Source: an uncultured Bacteroidales bacterium (GTDB lineage Bacteria > Bacteroidota > Bacteroidia > Bacteroidales > CAIWKO01). Taken from it: a stretch of DNA of 64,000 bases. The DNA lies in contig CAZVKJ010000004.1 in the NCBI GenBank assembly GCA_964626855.1, positions 4,869 through 68,868 of the forward strand, in the 5' to 3' direction. Made by a program: the position numbers and the translations under genes. The notes under the pieces were generated by a model. The model saw only the letters and a program-made list of their open reading frames with translations, was not told the origin of the DNA and ran no database searches. Positions 27,611-37,906 of this stretch are shown one piece after another. Within the stretch, counting starts at the first letter, position 1, and each line of letters opens with the position of its first letter.

Positions 27611-29539
27611 CTATTTGCAAATTTCTTTGATGACCTGTCCGGCTGTCGGGTTACCCAGCTCAAATGATTTGTGCCAGTCTTCGCATGCGCCTGTGGTATC
27701 GCTTACATTGAGGCGGGTGAGTCCCCTGTTGAACAGTACCACATTATCCCGGGGATTAAATTTTAGTGCGGTGCTGTAATCGTCGATGGCGCCATGATAA
27801 TCCTTCATCATGGCCCTGATATTGGCTCTGTTGCTGAATGCTTCGCCATCATTGGGCTCGAGGCTGATGGCCTTGTTTACGTCGTTGAGGGCGCCATTGA
27901 GGTTGCCGATGGTTGCTTTCAAAACGCCACGGTTATTATATGCTTTTTGAAGTTCTGGGTTGAGAGCAATGGCTTTATTATAGTCTTTGAGAGCGGCAGC
28001 CGTGTCTCTCAGCCCGTCGAAAGCCATGCCCCGGTTGTTAAAAGCTTCGGCAACGGTATCGTTTAATTTAATGGAAAGGTTCAGATCCTGCAGGGCGGCC
28101 TGGTAATCCTTAAACTCAATGAGAACATGGCCGCGGTTGGTGAGGCACTGGTCAAACAACGGATATAGTTGCAGCGTTTTATTGTAATCCTGCAATGCTC
28201 CCTGGTAATCTTTTTGCTCATTCTTATAATTTCCACGCATCCAGTATGGGAGGTAATTTTCCGGATATTTTTTTATAATATCTGTAAACAGCGTATTTCC
28301 GTCTTTCCATACTTTGGTTCTTTCCCATGTTAGAAAAGACATGATCATCACAAACACGATGCTTAGAAAAACGGCATTTTTTTTAACAGATTCTTTCTGG
28401 ATACCCGAAATCCACTGGCCGGCGATAAAAAACAAACCGATATAGGAAACATAGCTGTATCGCTCGGCAGTGATGGCATTACCCACTGAAATAATCTGCA
28501 GCATGATGGAGATTACGACCAGGAAAAATGAAACGCCAAATATTTTCTCACGCAACAGCTTTGTCTTTCTGATGGTCAGCCAGATCAACAAAAGGAGGAG
28601 CGGCAGTGAAGCATAATAATACCAGGGTAAAAAGGCACTTTTTACGTCGGGGTAATAGTGCATGGCAGAAAGCTTGAAAGGCGCAATGACCTTTACAACA
28701 TAGAAGACTATCGTATAAGTGAACATGAAGATCCGGTCAACGATGCTGTAATAAGAAATATCCTTCATGGCTCCCTGCTGCGAAAATAAAGCCAGGACGC
28801 CGAATAACAGCGCCGGTAATACAAAGGGAATTTTTTCAATGACAATCTTTGCATTGATTTTTCTTCTTTTATAAATATCGATAGCGATCATGATCACAGG
28901 AAGTGTAACGGCAGCTGATTTCGATAACAGTGAAAGTATGAAAAGAAACAGGCTGATCCAATAGAACTTTTTCTTTTGATCCGCTTCAAGATATTTTGAA
29001 TATAATAGCAGCGCTCCAAGATAAAACACCGTATACAGCACATCCTTGCGCTCCGAAATCCAGGCCACCGATTCTACGTGCATGGGATGCAATGCAAATA
29101 ATGCCGAAACAAGCAATGCTGAAAAACGTTGGCCGCTTAATTTCTCAATCAGCTTGTAAACCAGAAATGTATTTATTAAATGAAGTATTAAATTAAAAAG
29201 GTGGAATGGAAACGGATTTTGCCCGTAAATATGCTTTTCAAAGAAAAAAGTAAGCGTAGTTAAGGGATGGTAATTGCCAACATAAAAGGTCGAAAAAATA
29301 TCCTTTACCGAGTTGAAGTTAAATTCCTTGATATATGGGTTTTTAACGATGTAATCAGTATCATCAAGGCTGGCAAAACCATTAAACAGAGAACCTGCAT
29401 ATGCAATGGCCGTAAGTACAATGATGGCATAAATCGTCCAGGGTGGAAACTGCAATGATTTTTTTTGCACTGGAGTATTTTTAGAAATCTTGTGATTCTG
29501 CGGCTTTGCAGGTATTTTTTTCTCAGGCTTGTTAGCCAT
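27611..29539 (-). CDS. TMTC-like GT-C membrane glycosyltransferase fused to TPR repeats (paralog 1 of 5)
   Basis: 642 aa. K-rich cytoplasmic tail and ~10 TM segments. Loop-1 LDD motif (ASLDDTDY). DUF1736/PMT_2-like signature HPMHVESVAWISERKDVLY. About 6 C-terminal TPRs ending in CEDWHKSFELGNPTAGQVIKEICK. Confidence 0.7.
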   Translation of the reverse strand: MANKPEKKIPAKPQNHKISKNTPVQKKSLQFPPWTIYAIIVLTAIAYAGSLFNGFASLDDTDYIVKNPYIKEFNFNSVKDIFSTFYVGNYHPLTTLTFFFEKHIYGQNPFPFHLFNLILHLINTFLVYKLIEKLSGQRFSALLVSALFALHPMHVESVAWISERKDVLYTVFYLGALLLYSKYLEADQKKKFYWISLFLFILSLLSKSAAVTLPVIMIAIDIYKRRKINAKIVIEKIPFVLPALLFGVLALFSQQGAMKDISYYSIVDRIFMFTYTIVFYVVKVIAPFKLSAMHYYPDVKSAFLPWYYYASLPLLLLLIWLTIRKTKLLREKIFGVSFFLVVISIMLQIISVGNAITAERYSYVSYIGLFFIAGQWISGIQKESVKKNAVFLSIVFVMIMSFLTWERTKVWKDGNTLFTDIIKKYPENYLPYWMRGNYKNEQKDYQGALQDYNKTLQLYPLFDQCLTNRGHVLIEFKDYQAALQDLNLSIKLNDTVAEAFNNRGMAFDGLRDTAAALKDYNKAIALNPELQKAYNNRGVLKATIGNLNGALNDVNKAISLEPNDGEAFSNRANIRAMMKDYHGAIDDYSTALKFNPRDNVVLFNRGLTRLNVSDTTGACEDWHKSFELGNPTAGQVIKEICK

Positions 29540-29568
29540 AATATCTATTTATTTAAAAATTCATCACA

Positions 29569-29576
29569 CAAATGTA
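29569..29576 (-). promoter_or_regulatory. candidate -7 promoter box (TACATTTG)
   Basis: Matches TAnnTTTG on the minus strand, 30 nt upstream of the start at 29539. Confidence 0.4.
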
Positions 29577-29673
29577 CAAAAACAATAATCATCTTCTTAT
29601 ATGTTCCCCGTGACATCAGGGCGGCAATCAAACTGATGAAATTCAGATTTGTGACTGTATTCAAAGTGCGATA

Positions 29674-31596
29674 TTATTTATTACAAATCTGTTTTACAAA
29701 ATCAGCCGCCGGTGCGTATCCGAGATCAAGGGCTTTATGAAAGTCTTCGCAGGCACCGTCTATATCTTTAAGGTTAAACTTGGTATTAGCACGGTTGAAG
29801 TAAGCTATCTTGTCTTTTGGATCGATGGTTAAAACTTTATTGCAATCTTCGATAGCTCCATTATAATCCTTGAGCAGGTTCTTTATTCCGGCCCTGTTGC
29901 GGTATGCTTCGCTGTCATTAGGATCCAGGCTGATGGCTTTATTCATATCCTCAAGTGCACCCTGGGTATTTCCCATACTGAATTTCAGCACCGCCCGGTT
30001 GGTGTATCCTTTCGATAACTTTGGATTAAGTTTAAGGGCTTTGTTAAAGTCGCGCAGCCCGGCAGCCGAATCGCCCAACTGGGCATAGGCCATGCCGCGG
30101 TCGCTGTATGTTTCGGCAACCGTAGAGTCTATCTGTATTGACTGAGTCAGGTCACGCAGTGCATTCTGATAATCGTTAAAACCTTTGAGAAGCACCTTCC
30201 CGCGCGCTGCAAGGCTTGGCGCATATTTCTGGAACAACTGTATCGACTTGTTATAGTCGTTCAGTGCATTCTGGTAATCGTTACGCTTATAATAAATATT
30301 GCCACGCATCCAGTAAGCAGGATATCTGTCAGGATATTTTTTTACCACATCATTGAAAAGTACTACACCGTCTTTCCATACACCGATACGGTCCCAGGCA
30401 ACAACAGAATAAACGATGATCAGAAACCAATACCCGAACAAGATCGTTTTTTGAAGGGATTTTTTCTGAATTCCCGCTATCCATTGTCCTGCAATATAAA
30501 ACAACCCGAAGTAGGCGACGTAGGAGTAGCGTTCCGAAGTGATGGTATCGCCGACAGAAATAAGCTGAAGCATGATGGAGATCGCGATGAGAAAGAAGAA
30601 CATCCCGAAAAGCAATTCCCGCCTGAGCGCCGAACGCCTTATGACAAGCCATGCCACCACCAGCAGGAAGGGCACCGAGGCATAATAATACCATGGCAGC
30701 ATATCGCTGTTGGGGTAATAATGCATAACAGACATATGGAAAGGGGCAATAAGCTTGACGATATAAAATGAAACAGAATAGGATAGCATGAATATCCTGT
30801 CAATGAACGAAAATGAGGTGGATACTTCTTTCATCGCGTCCTGTTGTGAGAGAATGGCCAGTATGCCGAAAAGCACGGAAAGGGCCAGGAATGGTACTTT
30901 TTCGAGGAACATCCTTACATTGAGTTTTCGGCTTTTATAGAGGTCAAACACGATGAGGATTACCGGAAGGGTGACGGATGCCGATTTTGATAAAAGAGAG
31001 AGTATAAAAAGTATCAGGCAAATGAAGTAGTATTTGATTTTATAATCTTTCAGGTACAACAGGTATACAATCAATGCCGCTAAGTAAAACATGGTATAAA
31101 GCACATCCTTGAGTTCTGCCGTCCAGGCCACGGATTCCACGTGCATGGGATGAATGGCAAACAGCAGTGAAACGATCAGTGCCGTAAGGCTTTTTCCGCT
31201 TAATTTCTCGGCAAGTTTGTACACAAGAAAAATGTTTACCAGGTGAAACAACACATTTATGATATGATAGGGCATCGGATTAAAGCCGAACAGGCTGTAT
31301 TCGATCATGTAGGTCAGTAATGTCAGCGGAAAATAGTTGCAGTCATAAAATGAAGAAAAGATAATCTTTATAGTATCAAAGCTTAAATTCTTGCTGTAAG
31401 GATTATTAAATAGATAGATATCGTCATCAAGGTTGACAAACCCATTCAAAAATGACCGCAAATATATTATTACTGTAAAAGCCAGAACGGCATAAATGGC
31501 CCAGTGAGGTACCTGTAATGTGTTACTCTGCAGGCTGCTCTTTTTTTGAGGCTTTTGCTGTACGGTGTTTTTTTTATTCTGTTGCTTTACGGCCAT
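29674..31596 (-). CDS. TMTC-like GT-C glycosyltransferase-TPR fusion (paralog 2 of 5)
   Basis: 640 aa. VNLDDDIY, HPMHVESVAWTAELKDVLY, C-terminal TPRs, and a CEDFHKALDLGYAPAADFVKQICNK tail. Confidence 0.7.
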   Translation of the reverse strand: MAVKQQNKKNTVQQKPQKKSSLQSNTLQVPHWAIYAVLAFTVIIYLRSFLNGFVNLDDDIYLFNNPYSKNLSFDTIKIIFSSFYDCNYFPLTLLTYMIEYSLFGFNPMPYHIINVLFHLVNIFLVYKLAEKLSGKSLTALIVSLLFAIHPMHVESVAWTAELKDVLYTMFYLAALIVYLLYLKDYKIKYYFICLILFILSLLSKSASVTLPVILIVFDLYKSRKLNVRMFLEKVPFLALSVLFGILAILSQQDAMKEVSTSFSFIDRIFMLSYSVSFYIVKLIAPFHMSVMHYYPNSDMLPWYYYASVPFLLVVAWLVIRRSALRRELLFGMFFFLIAISIMLQLISVGDTITSERYSYVAYFGLFYIAGQWIAGIQKKSLQKTILFGYWFLIIVYSVVAWDRIGVWKDGVVLFNDVVKKYPDRYPAYWMRGNIYYKRNDYQNALNDYNKSIQLFQKYAPSLAARGKVLLKGFNDYQNALRDLTQSIQIDSTVAETYSDRGMAYAQLGDSAAGLRDFNKALKLNPKLSKGYTNRAVLKFSMGNTQGALEDMNKAISLDPNDSEAYRNRAGIKNLLKDYNGAIEDCNKVLTIDPKDKIAYFNRANTKFNLKDIDGACEDFHKALDLGYAPAADFVKQICNK

Positions 31597-31641
31597 AACT
31601 ATGGGTTTTACATTACAAACTTTAATTGAATATTTCTGTTG

Positions 31642-33585
31642 TCATTTGCAATAATACTGTAAATATTCCGATGCCTGCTTATTACCCAAAGATTGTGCAG
31701 TACGCCAGTCGTTGCAGGCATCGCTGGTTTTTCCCATTCTGTATTTACATGATGCAGCACTTACGAGGGCATTTGAATTTGAGGGGTTGATTTTATAGGC
31801 AGTTTCAAAATCATTGCATGCCTGTTCAAATTTATTTTCTTCGAAGTAGGTCTGCCCCCGGTTTTCATATGATTTATCATCTCTGGCATTTAAGCTGATT
31901 GCCTGGTTAAAACACTGTATTGCGCTCTGGTAATCTTTTTTTGATCTGAGGGCAATGCCTTTATTGTAATATGCAACATTGTGTTCATGATTTATGCGTA
32001 GTGCGTGGTCATACTCAGCGATGGCCCTGTCAAAATCTCCTTTGGTGTAATAAATGATCCCGCGGTTTGTATAACAAATAAAATAGGTTGAATCCACTTC
32101 AATGGCTTTATTGTAATTTTCAAGTGCACGGTCAATATCATTCAACCTGTAATAGCAGTTGCCACGGTTACAATAGGTGATGGCAAATTTGTGGGGAAAC
32201 TTGACGCTTAAGGCTTTATTATAATCTTCGAGAGCCCCCTGTATGTCATTGTTGTACGTCTTTGCATTACCTCTTGCCATATAAGCATGGCCGTAATCCG
32301 GGTATTGGCTGACGATTTTATCAAAAATGGTTACGCCGTCTTTCCAGGTTTTATTTTGCTCCCAGCTGATCACCGAAAATATGATGCAGGCCAAAATGGA
32401 AATGACCAGTGCAGTTGTGCCTTTCACAGGTTTTGCAGCGCCGGGCATTCCGGCAATAAACCAGCCAATGCAGATAAAAAAACCAACGTGGCCCAGGTAA
32501 ACATATCGTTCAGCAACAATGGCATAGCCTACAGGGATCAGTTGTAACATCAGCGCCATGGAAATAATGAAAAACATGCCTCCATAAAAAATATACGGCC
32601 TCTTTTTGTATTGCAGAATTATCATGACAACCAAGGCAATTACAACAGGAAGGCTGGCATAAAAATACCATTGCATCCCATTTCCGGGATAATAATGCAT
32701 GGCAGCAAGCCCGAAAGGGACGATGGTTTTGATGATATAATAGAGCAGGGCATAGGAAGCAATAAATATCCTGTCGAAAAAGGTATAAACAGACACCGTT
32801 GATTCATTTAATGCTTTTTGCCCGGCCTGAGCATAAATGGTTACAATACCTATTGCAATAGCAAGAAGTAAATATGGAATTTTTTCGAGCCATGCAATTT
32901 TGGTCATGGGCCTTTTCAGAATATAATCTGTCAGCAATAAAATGAATGGAAATATCACTCCTGTAGACTTTGAAAGCAACGACAGGAGAAACAGGAAGAA
33001 GGCAATGATGTATCCCGATTTTTTCAGTTTGCCTTGTGCATAAAACGAATAAACGATCATGCCTGCCATGAAGAAGAAGAAGAACAATACGTCTTTTCTT
33101 TCGGTGACCCAGGCAACGGATTCAGTATGCATGGGGTGAACGGCAAATAGCAGTGCAACAACAAAAGAGGCTGTGTTATTTTTTAAAATTATTCGGGCGA
33201 AATAAAAAACAAGTAAAACATTAATAGCATGTAATAATATGTTTTCGGTATGGAAAGCCGTTGGGTTCATGCCAAACAGGGCAAAATCAATTCCAAGCGA
33301 GAGTAAGGTTAAGGGATGGTAATTTCCCAGGTTGTATTGATTAAAATAGTTGAGGAAATTCTGCCAGTTCAGTTGCTGAACCATGGAGTTATCTAGCAGG
33401 TACATGTTATCATCCCAGTTGTTGGCCAGCCCGTTGGTATAGGCTTTGGCGTATACCACCAGCGTTATAATTACCAACAGGGCAGGTAAGATGATGGCCT
33501 GAAAGTTTAGTTCCTTTTTTGAATTTTTACCAATTGATTTAGAATTACTCTTGTTTTTATTTTTCTCTTTTGTACGTTTATCCAT
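31642..33585 (-). CDS. TMTC-like GT-C glycosyltransferase-TPR fusion (paralog 3 of 5, most divergent)
   Basis: 647 aa. NNWDDNMY, HPMHTESVAWVTERKDVLF, TPRs, and a CNDWRTAQSLGNKQASEYLQYYCK tail. Confidence 0.7.
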   Translation of the reverse strand: MDKRTKEKNKNKSNSKSIGKNSKKELNFQAIILPALLVIITLVVYAKAYTNGLANNWDDNMYLLDNSMVQQLNWQNFLNYFNQYNLGNYHPLTLLSLGIDFALFGMNPTAFHTENILLHAINVLLVFYFARIILKNNTASFVVALLFAVHPMHTESVAWVTERKDVLFFFFFMAGMIVYSFYAQGKLKKSGYIIAFFLFLLSLLSKSTGVIFPFILLLTDYILKRPMTKIAWLEKIPYLLLAIAIGIVTIYAQAGQKALNESTVSVYTFFDRIFIASYALLYYIIKTIVPFGLAAMHYYPGNGMQWYFYASLPVVIALVVMIILQYKKRPYIFYGGMFFIISMALMLQLIPVGYAIVAERYVYLGHVGFFICIGWFIAGMPGAAKPVKGTTALVISILACIIFSVISWEQNKTWKDGVTIFDKIVSQYPDYGHAYMARGNAKTYNNDIQGALEDYNKALSVKFPHKFAITYCNRGNCYYRLNDIDRALENYNKAIEVDSTYFICYTNRGIIYYTKGDFDRAIAEYDHALRINHEHNVAYYNKGIALRSKKDYQSAIQCFNQAISLNARDDKSYENRGQTYFEENKFEQACNDFETAYKINPSNSNALVSAASCKYRMGKTSDACNDWRTAQSLGNKQASEYLQYYCK

Positions 33586-33708
33586 TTTGGTTTTCTTTAA
33601 TCGAAAAAACTATCATTATTTAATTTATATATGCATCTTATATGTGCATCCTGATTTGTGCCAGGGATTCAAGGTGCCTTAATAAAGAAATACGATTGAG
33701 CTACATCA

Positions 33709-35649
33709 TTATTTACAATATTTTTTTATCATGTCACCTGCATTTTGGTCGCCGAGGTTTAGCGCGCTGTTCCAGTCTTCGCAGGCGCCGCTTGTATCAC
33801 TGGTATTCAGTCGTGCCATTCCCCGGTTGAAAAACAATTGGTTGTCGTCAGGCTTAAGTTGGAGCGCCGCGTTGTAATCATTGATGGCTCCCCGGTAATC
33901 TTTTATTAATGTTTTTATATTGGCACGGTTGCAATAACTGTTGCTTTCTTTTGGATTCAGCAATATTGCTTTATCAGCATCTTCAATGGCTCCCGAAATG
34001 TTTCCCATGATGGCTCTGAGAATGCAACGGTTATTGTAGGCGCTTTGCATTTTCGGATCCTTTTTTATGGCTTTGTTAAAATCGCGTAATGCAGCAGCAG
34101 TATCATTCATGCCCTGGTAAGCCATGCCCCTGTTGTTGAAGACATCGGCTGCAGTAGTATCCATTGTCAATGATTTATTAAGGTCAGCCAGTGCCGCCTG
34201 GTATTGTTTTTTGTCGATAAGGATTTTACCACGACTTGCAAGGCATTCATTGATGTTGGGGTTTAATTGCAATGCCATATTAAAATCTTGTAATGCCCCA
34301 TCATAATCTTTCAGTTCATTTTTGAAAAACGCTCTTGTTTTGAATGCTACCGGGCTTTCCGGGTATTTTTTTACCACATCGTCGAACAACGTGATGCCAC
34401 TTTTCCAGACACCAATCCTGTCCCAGGTTAAATAGGAGAACATTAAAATAAAGATTCCACTCACAATCATAGCAAGTTTCAAACGTTCCGGCCTCTGAAT
34501 TTTCGAGATCCAATGGCCAATGATAAAGAAAGTGCCGATGTACGAGACATAGGTGTACCGTTCTGAAGTTATGGCTACTCCTACAGAAATAACCTGGAGC
34601 ATGATGGATATCACGATAAGGAAAAATGCCGTGCCGAATATTTTTTCACGCCGCATCCGGGAAGGTTTTACAATAATAAAGATGATAAATAACAAAAATG
34701 GCAGTGATGCAAAGAATTCCCACGGCAGGGTATTGGTCGCAAACTTATCGGGATAATAGTGCATGGCCGATAAGTTGACGGGCGCAATCATCATGATGAT
34801 GTAATAAGAGATTGTATACGTAAATAAGAAAATACGTTCAAAGACCGTATAAAACGGGGTAAAGTCCGACAATGATTCTTCCTGGGAAAACAGGGCAATA
34901 ATTCCAAAAAGCAAGGATAACAGGAAGAATGGAACTTTTTCGGCAAACAATTTAACGCTGAACTTTCTTTTCTTATAAATATCGATAGCCAGCATGATCA
35001 CCGGAAGAGTCACGGAAGCTGATTTAGAAAGAAGTGATAAAATAAACAGCAGTATGCAAACCCAATAATATCTCGCCTTGAAGTTAAATCCGGATTTCAT
35101 GAAATTAAGGTATGCTGTCAATGCACCTAAATAAAAGACGGTATACAGCACATCTTTTCGTTCGGCAATCCAGGCCACGGATTCAACATGCATGGGATGA
35201 ACCCCGAATATGGCCGCAACAAATACAGCAGTAAATTCCTGCCCACTAAGCTTTTTGATAAAAAGGTAGACGAGAAAGACATTGGCAAGATGGAGCAACA
35301 TATTGAGCAGGTGATATGGAAACGGATTTAATCCGAACAAGCGGTATTCAAAAAGATAGGTGAGCATCGACAACGGCTGGTAGTTCCCCACATAGAATGA
35401 CGAAAAAATTGTTTTAATCCCGTTAAAACTGAAATCCATGATGTCTTTATTCTTACACACGTAACCATCATCATCCCAGGTAACAAAACCATTGAACAGC
35501 GATCTTAGATAAATTACTGCTGTGAGCGTAAGTACTGCATAAATGGCCCATGGAGGAATCTTCCAGGCCTTTTTTTGTACTCCTGTCACCGGGGTGGCGG
35601 GAGCTTTTTTTACTTGAATTTGCTTTTTATATTTTGGTTTTTCTGCCAT
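33709..35649 (-). CDS. TMTC-like GT-C glycosyltransferase-TPR fusion (paralog 4 of 5)
   Basis: 646 aa. VTWDDDGY, HPMHVESVAWIAERKDVLY, TPRs, and a CEDWNSALNLGDQNAGDMIKKYCK tail. Confidence 0.7.
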   Translation of the reverse strand: MAEKPKYKKQIQVKKAPATPVTGVQKKAWKIPPWAIYAVLTLTAVIYLRSLFNGFVTWDDDGYVCKNKDIMDFSFNGIKTIFSSFYVGNYQPLSMLTYLFEYRLFGLNPFPYHLLNMLLHLANVFLVYLFIKKLSGQEFTAVFVAAIFGVHPMHVESVAWIAERKDVLYTVFYLGALTAYLNFMKSGFNFKARYYWVCILLFILSLLSKSASVTLPVIMLAIDIYKKRKFSVKLFAEKVPFFLLSLLFGIIALFSQEESLSDFTPFYTVFERIFLFTYTISYYIIMMIAPVNLSAMHYYPDKFATNTLPWEFFASLPFLLFIIFIIVKPSRMRREKIFGTAFFLIVISIMLQVISVGVAITSERYTYVSYIGTFFIIGHWISKIQRPERLKLAMIVSGIFILMFSYLTWDRIGVWKSGITLFDDVVKKYPESPVAFKTRAFFKNELKDYDGALQDFNMALQLNPNINECLASRGKILIDKKQYQAALADLNKSLTMDTTAADVFNNRGMAYQGMNDTAAALRDFNKAIKKDPKMQSAYNNRCILRAIMGNISGAIEDADKAILLNPKESNSYCNRANIKTLIKDYRGAINDYNAALQLKPDDNQLFFNRGMARLNTSDTSGACEDWNSALNLGDQNAGDMIKKYCK

Positions 35650-35758
35650 AGTTTATTCGATAACATTACGATGTCAACCAATAATTTATAAAGTTATAAC
35701 GATGTAAGTAAATAATTCCGGAATGCATAATACATAGATATGATTCGATCATAAATCA

Positions 35759-37684
35759 TCATTTGTTACAAATAAGATTAATCATATTTTCTGCATTCTT
35801 GTCACCAAAGCTTAATGACTTATGCCATTCCTCGCATGCACCTGAAGTGTCATTTACATTCAATTTTGCCATGCCCAGGTTGAACATCACCTCATTATCT
35901 TTTGGTTTGAGCCTGAGAGCGGCGTTATAATCTTCAATAGCTCCAGGGTAATCTTTTTGCAGGGTTTTGATGTTTGCCCTGGTGCAATAGCTGACACTTT
36001 CCTCGGGGTCTATACTGATGGCTTTGTTTACATCTTCAATAGCTCCCGGGATATTTCCCATGATGGCTTTCAGGATGCTGCGGTTGTTATAGGCGTGATA
36101 CATATCAGGGGTCATACTGATGGCTTTATTAAAATCACGCATGGCGCCTGATGTATCATTAAGCCCCTGGAGTGCCATACCCCGGTTATTAAAGGCGTTG
36201 GCCTTGGAAGAATCGAGATCAATAGCCAGGTTCAGGTCATTGAGCGCATTTTTATAGTCTCTGAATTCTACCAGAACACTGCCGCGTGTAACCAAACAAT
36301 CCTGGAACAAAGGGTTTAATGAAAGCGCTTTGTTGCAATCCTGAAGTGCTCCCTGGAAATCATCATGAGATTTTTTAAAAATAGCCCTGGTGTTATATCC
36401 GTCTGGATTGTCGGGGTATTTTTTCACCACATCATCAAAAAGAGTAAAACAACTGTCCCAGACTTTTATCCTGTCCCAGCTAAGGTATGAAAACATGATC
36501 AGAAATAATGCGCTTACCACAAGCATAAAACGTTTCAGGGTGGGCTTCGGTATTTGCACAATCCATTGCCCGGCAATATAAAATAACCCGATATATGAAA
36601 TATACGAGTATCGTTCTGCTGCAATGGCATTGCCCACCGAAATGATCTGAAGCATGATGGAAATTACGATAAGGAAAAAGAAAACGCCGAAGAGCTTTTC
36701 GCGACGCAAGCTTGTTTTTCTTACCAGCCACACCACAAGCAGCAGTAAAAACGGAAGCGCCGCATAAAACATCCAGGGTAATGATTTGCCATGGGTCAAA
36801 GGATAATAATGCATGGCGGATAATTTGAATGGCGCAACAAGCTTGACAATATAAAACGACAGTGTATAACAGAAATAAAAAAATTTGTCGATAATAGAGG
36901 TGGAGGCTTCACCCCGCGCTTCTTTTTGTGAAAGCAAGGCAATGATTCCAAATAATAATGCCAGGGCAAAAAACGGGATTTTTTCTACAAGCATTTTTGC
37001 ATTGAACTTCCTGTTTTTATATAAATCCATTGCAATCATCAGCACAGGCAGTGTTACCGCGGCCGATTTAGAGAGCAATGATAAAATAAACATGAACAGG
37101 CAAATCCAGTAATGTTTCCATTTTAGGCCTGATGTAAGATAGTTTACATAAGCGATCAATGCTGCCAGGAAAAACAATGAGTACATCACATCTTTACGCT
37201 CAGCAACCCAGGCTACCGATTCAACATGCAAGGGGTGTAATGCAAACATAGCTGCCGCAAATAACGCCGTAAACCTTTGTTCACTCAACTTTTCAACAAA
37301 TTTGTAAACAAGAAATGTATTGACCAGGTGAAGAAATACGCTCGTAAAATGATAGGGAAGGGGGTTCAGCCCAAAAAAACGGTATTCAAAAAAGTAAGTC
37401 AACATGGTGAGCGGCTGATAATTGGCCACATAGTAAGAAGAGAATAATGTTTTTATGCCTTCAAAACTGAAATTCCTGATGTCGAAGTTCTTGGTAACGT
37501 AACCACTGTCGTCCCATTCTACAAATCCATTGAATAAAGCCTGTGAATAAACCAGGGCCGTGATAACTAGTACTGCATATATTGCCCAGGGAGGAACCGG
37601 AATGGTTTTTTTTTGAAAATTATTTTTCAGGGAAATGGTCTTTTGTGGAATAGTTTTCTTTTTATTGCTGGGTTTAGCGGGCAT
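35759..37684 (-). CDS. TMTC-like GT-C glycosyltransferase-TPR fusion (paralog 5 of 5, first in transcription order)
   Basis: 641 aa. VEWDDSGY, HPLHVESVAWVAERKDVMY, TPRs, and a CEEWHKSLSFGDKNAENMINLICNK tail. Confidence 0.7.
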   Translation of the reverse strand: MPAKPSNKKKTIPQKTISLKNNFQKKTIPVPPWAIYAVLVITALVYSQALFNGFVEWDDSGYVTKNFDIRNFSFEGIKTLFSSYYVANYQPLTMLTYFFEYRFFGLNPLPYHFTSVFLHLVNTFLVYKFVEKLSEQRFTALFAAAMFALHPLHVESVAWVAERKDVMYSLFFLAALIAYVNYLTSGLKWKHYWICLFMFILSLLSKSAAVTLPVLMIAMDLYKNRKFNAKMLVEKIPFFALALLFGIIALLSQKEARGEASTSIIDKFFYFCYTLSFYIVKLVAPFKLSAMHYYPLTHGKSLPWMFYAALPFLLLLVVWLVRKTSLRREKLFGVFFFLIVISIMLQIISVGNAIAAERYSYISYIGLFYIAGQWIVQIPKPTLKRFMLVVSALFLIMFSYLSWDRIKVWDSCFTLFDDVVKKYPDNPDGYNTRAIFKKSHDDFQGALQDCNKALSLNPLFQDCLVTRGSVLVEFRDYKNALNDLNLAIDLDSSKANAFNNRGMALQGLNDTSGAMRDFNKAISMTPDMYHAYNNRSILKAIMGNIPGAIEDVNKAISIDPEESVSYCTRANIKTLQKDYPGAIEDYNAALRLKPKDNEVMFNLGMAKLNVNDTSGACEEWHKSLSFGDKNAENMINLICNK

Positions 37685-37715
37685 AAAAGTTTTTATAATT
37701 ATTAAATTATTCTTA

Positions 37716-37723
37716 CAAATGTA
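37716..37723 (-). promoter_or_regulatory. candidate -7 promoter box (TACATTTG) for the TMTC-like array
   Basis: Matches TAnnTTTG on the minus strand, 32 nt upstream of the start at 37684. Confidence 0.4.
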
Positions 37724-37830
37724 TAGAAAATCATTTAATGAAAAAATTGCCTTTGTAAAAATTTGAATAACCTATTTATGTGGGACATTTCGGATGCCGC
37801 TCTGTTTCATGATTACAGAGACCTGCAATA

Positions 37831-37874
37831 TGAAAAAGAGGCTGTTTCACGGTGATTGTCCGGGGAACAGCCTC
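37831..37874 (-). terminator. rho-independent terminator downstream of the AOR gene
   Basis: Perfect 10-bp stem, AGAGGCTGTT (37836-37845) with AACAGCCTCT (37865-37874), and a 19-nt loop. On the minus strand the stem is followed by TTTTTC. Confidence 0.6.
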
Positions 37875-37906
37875 TGATGAGTGATAAATTGGTACTGAAA
37901 TGATGC

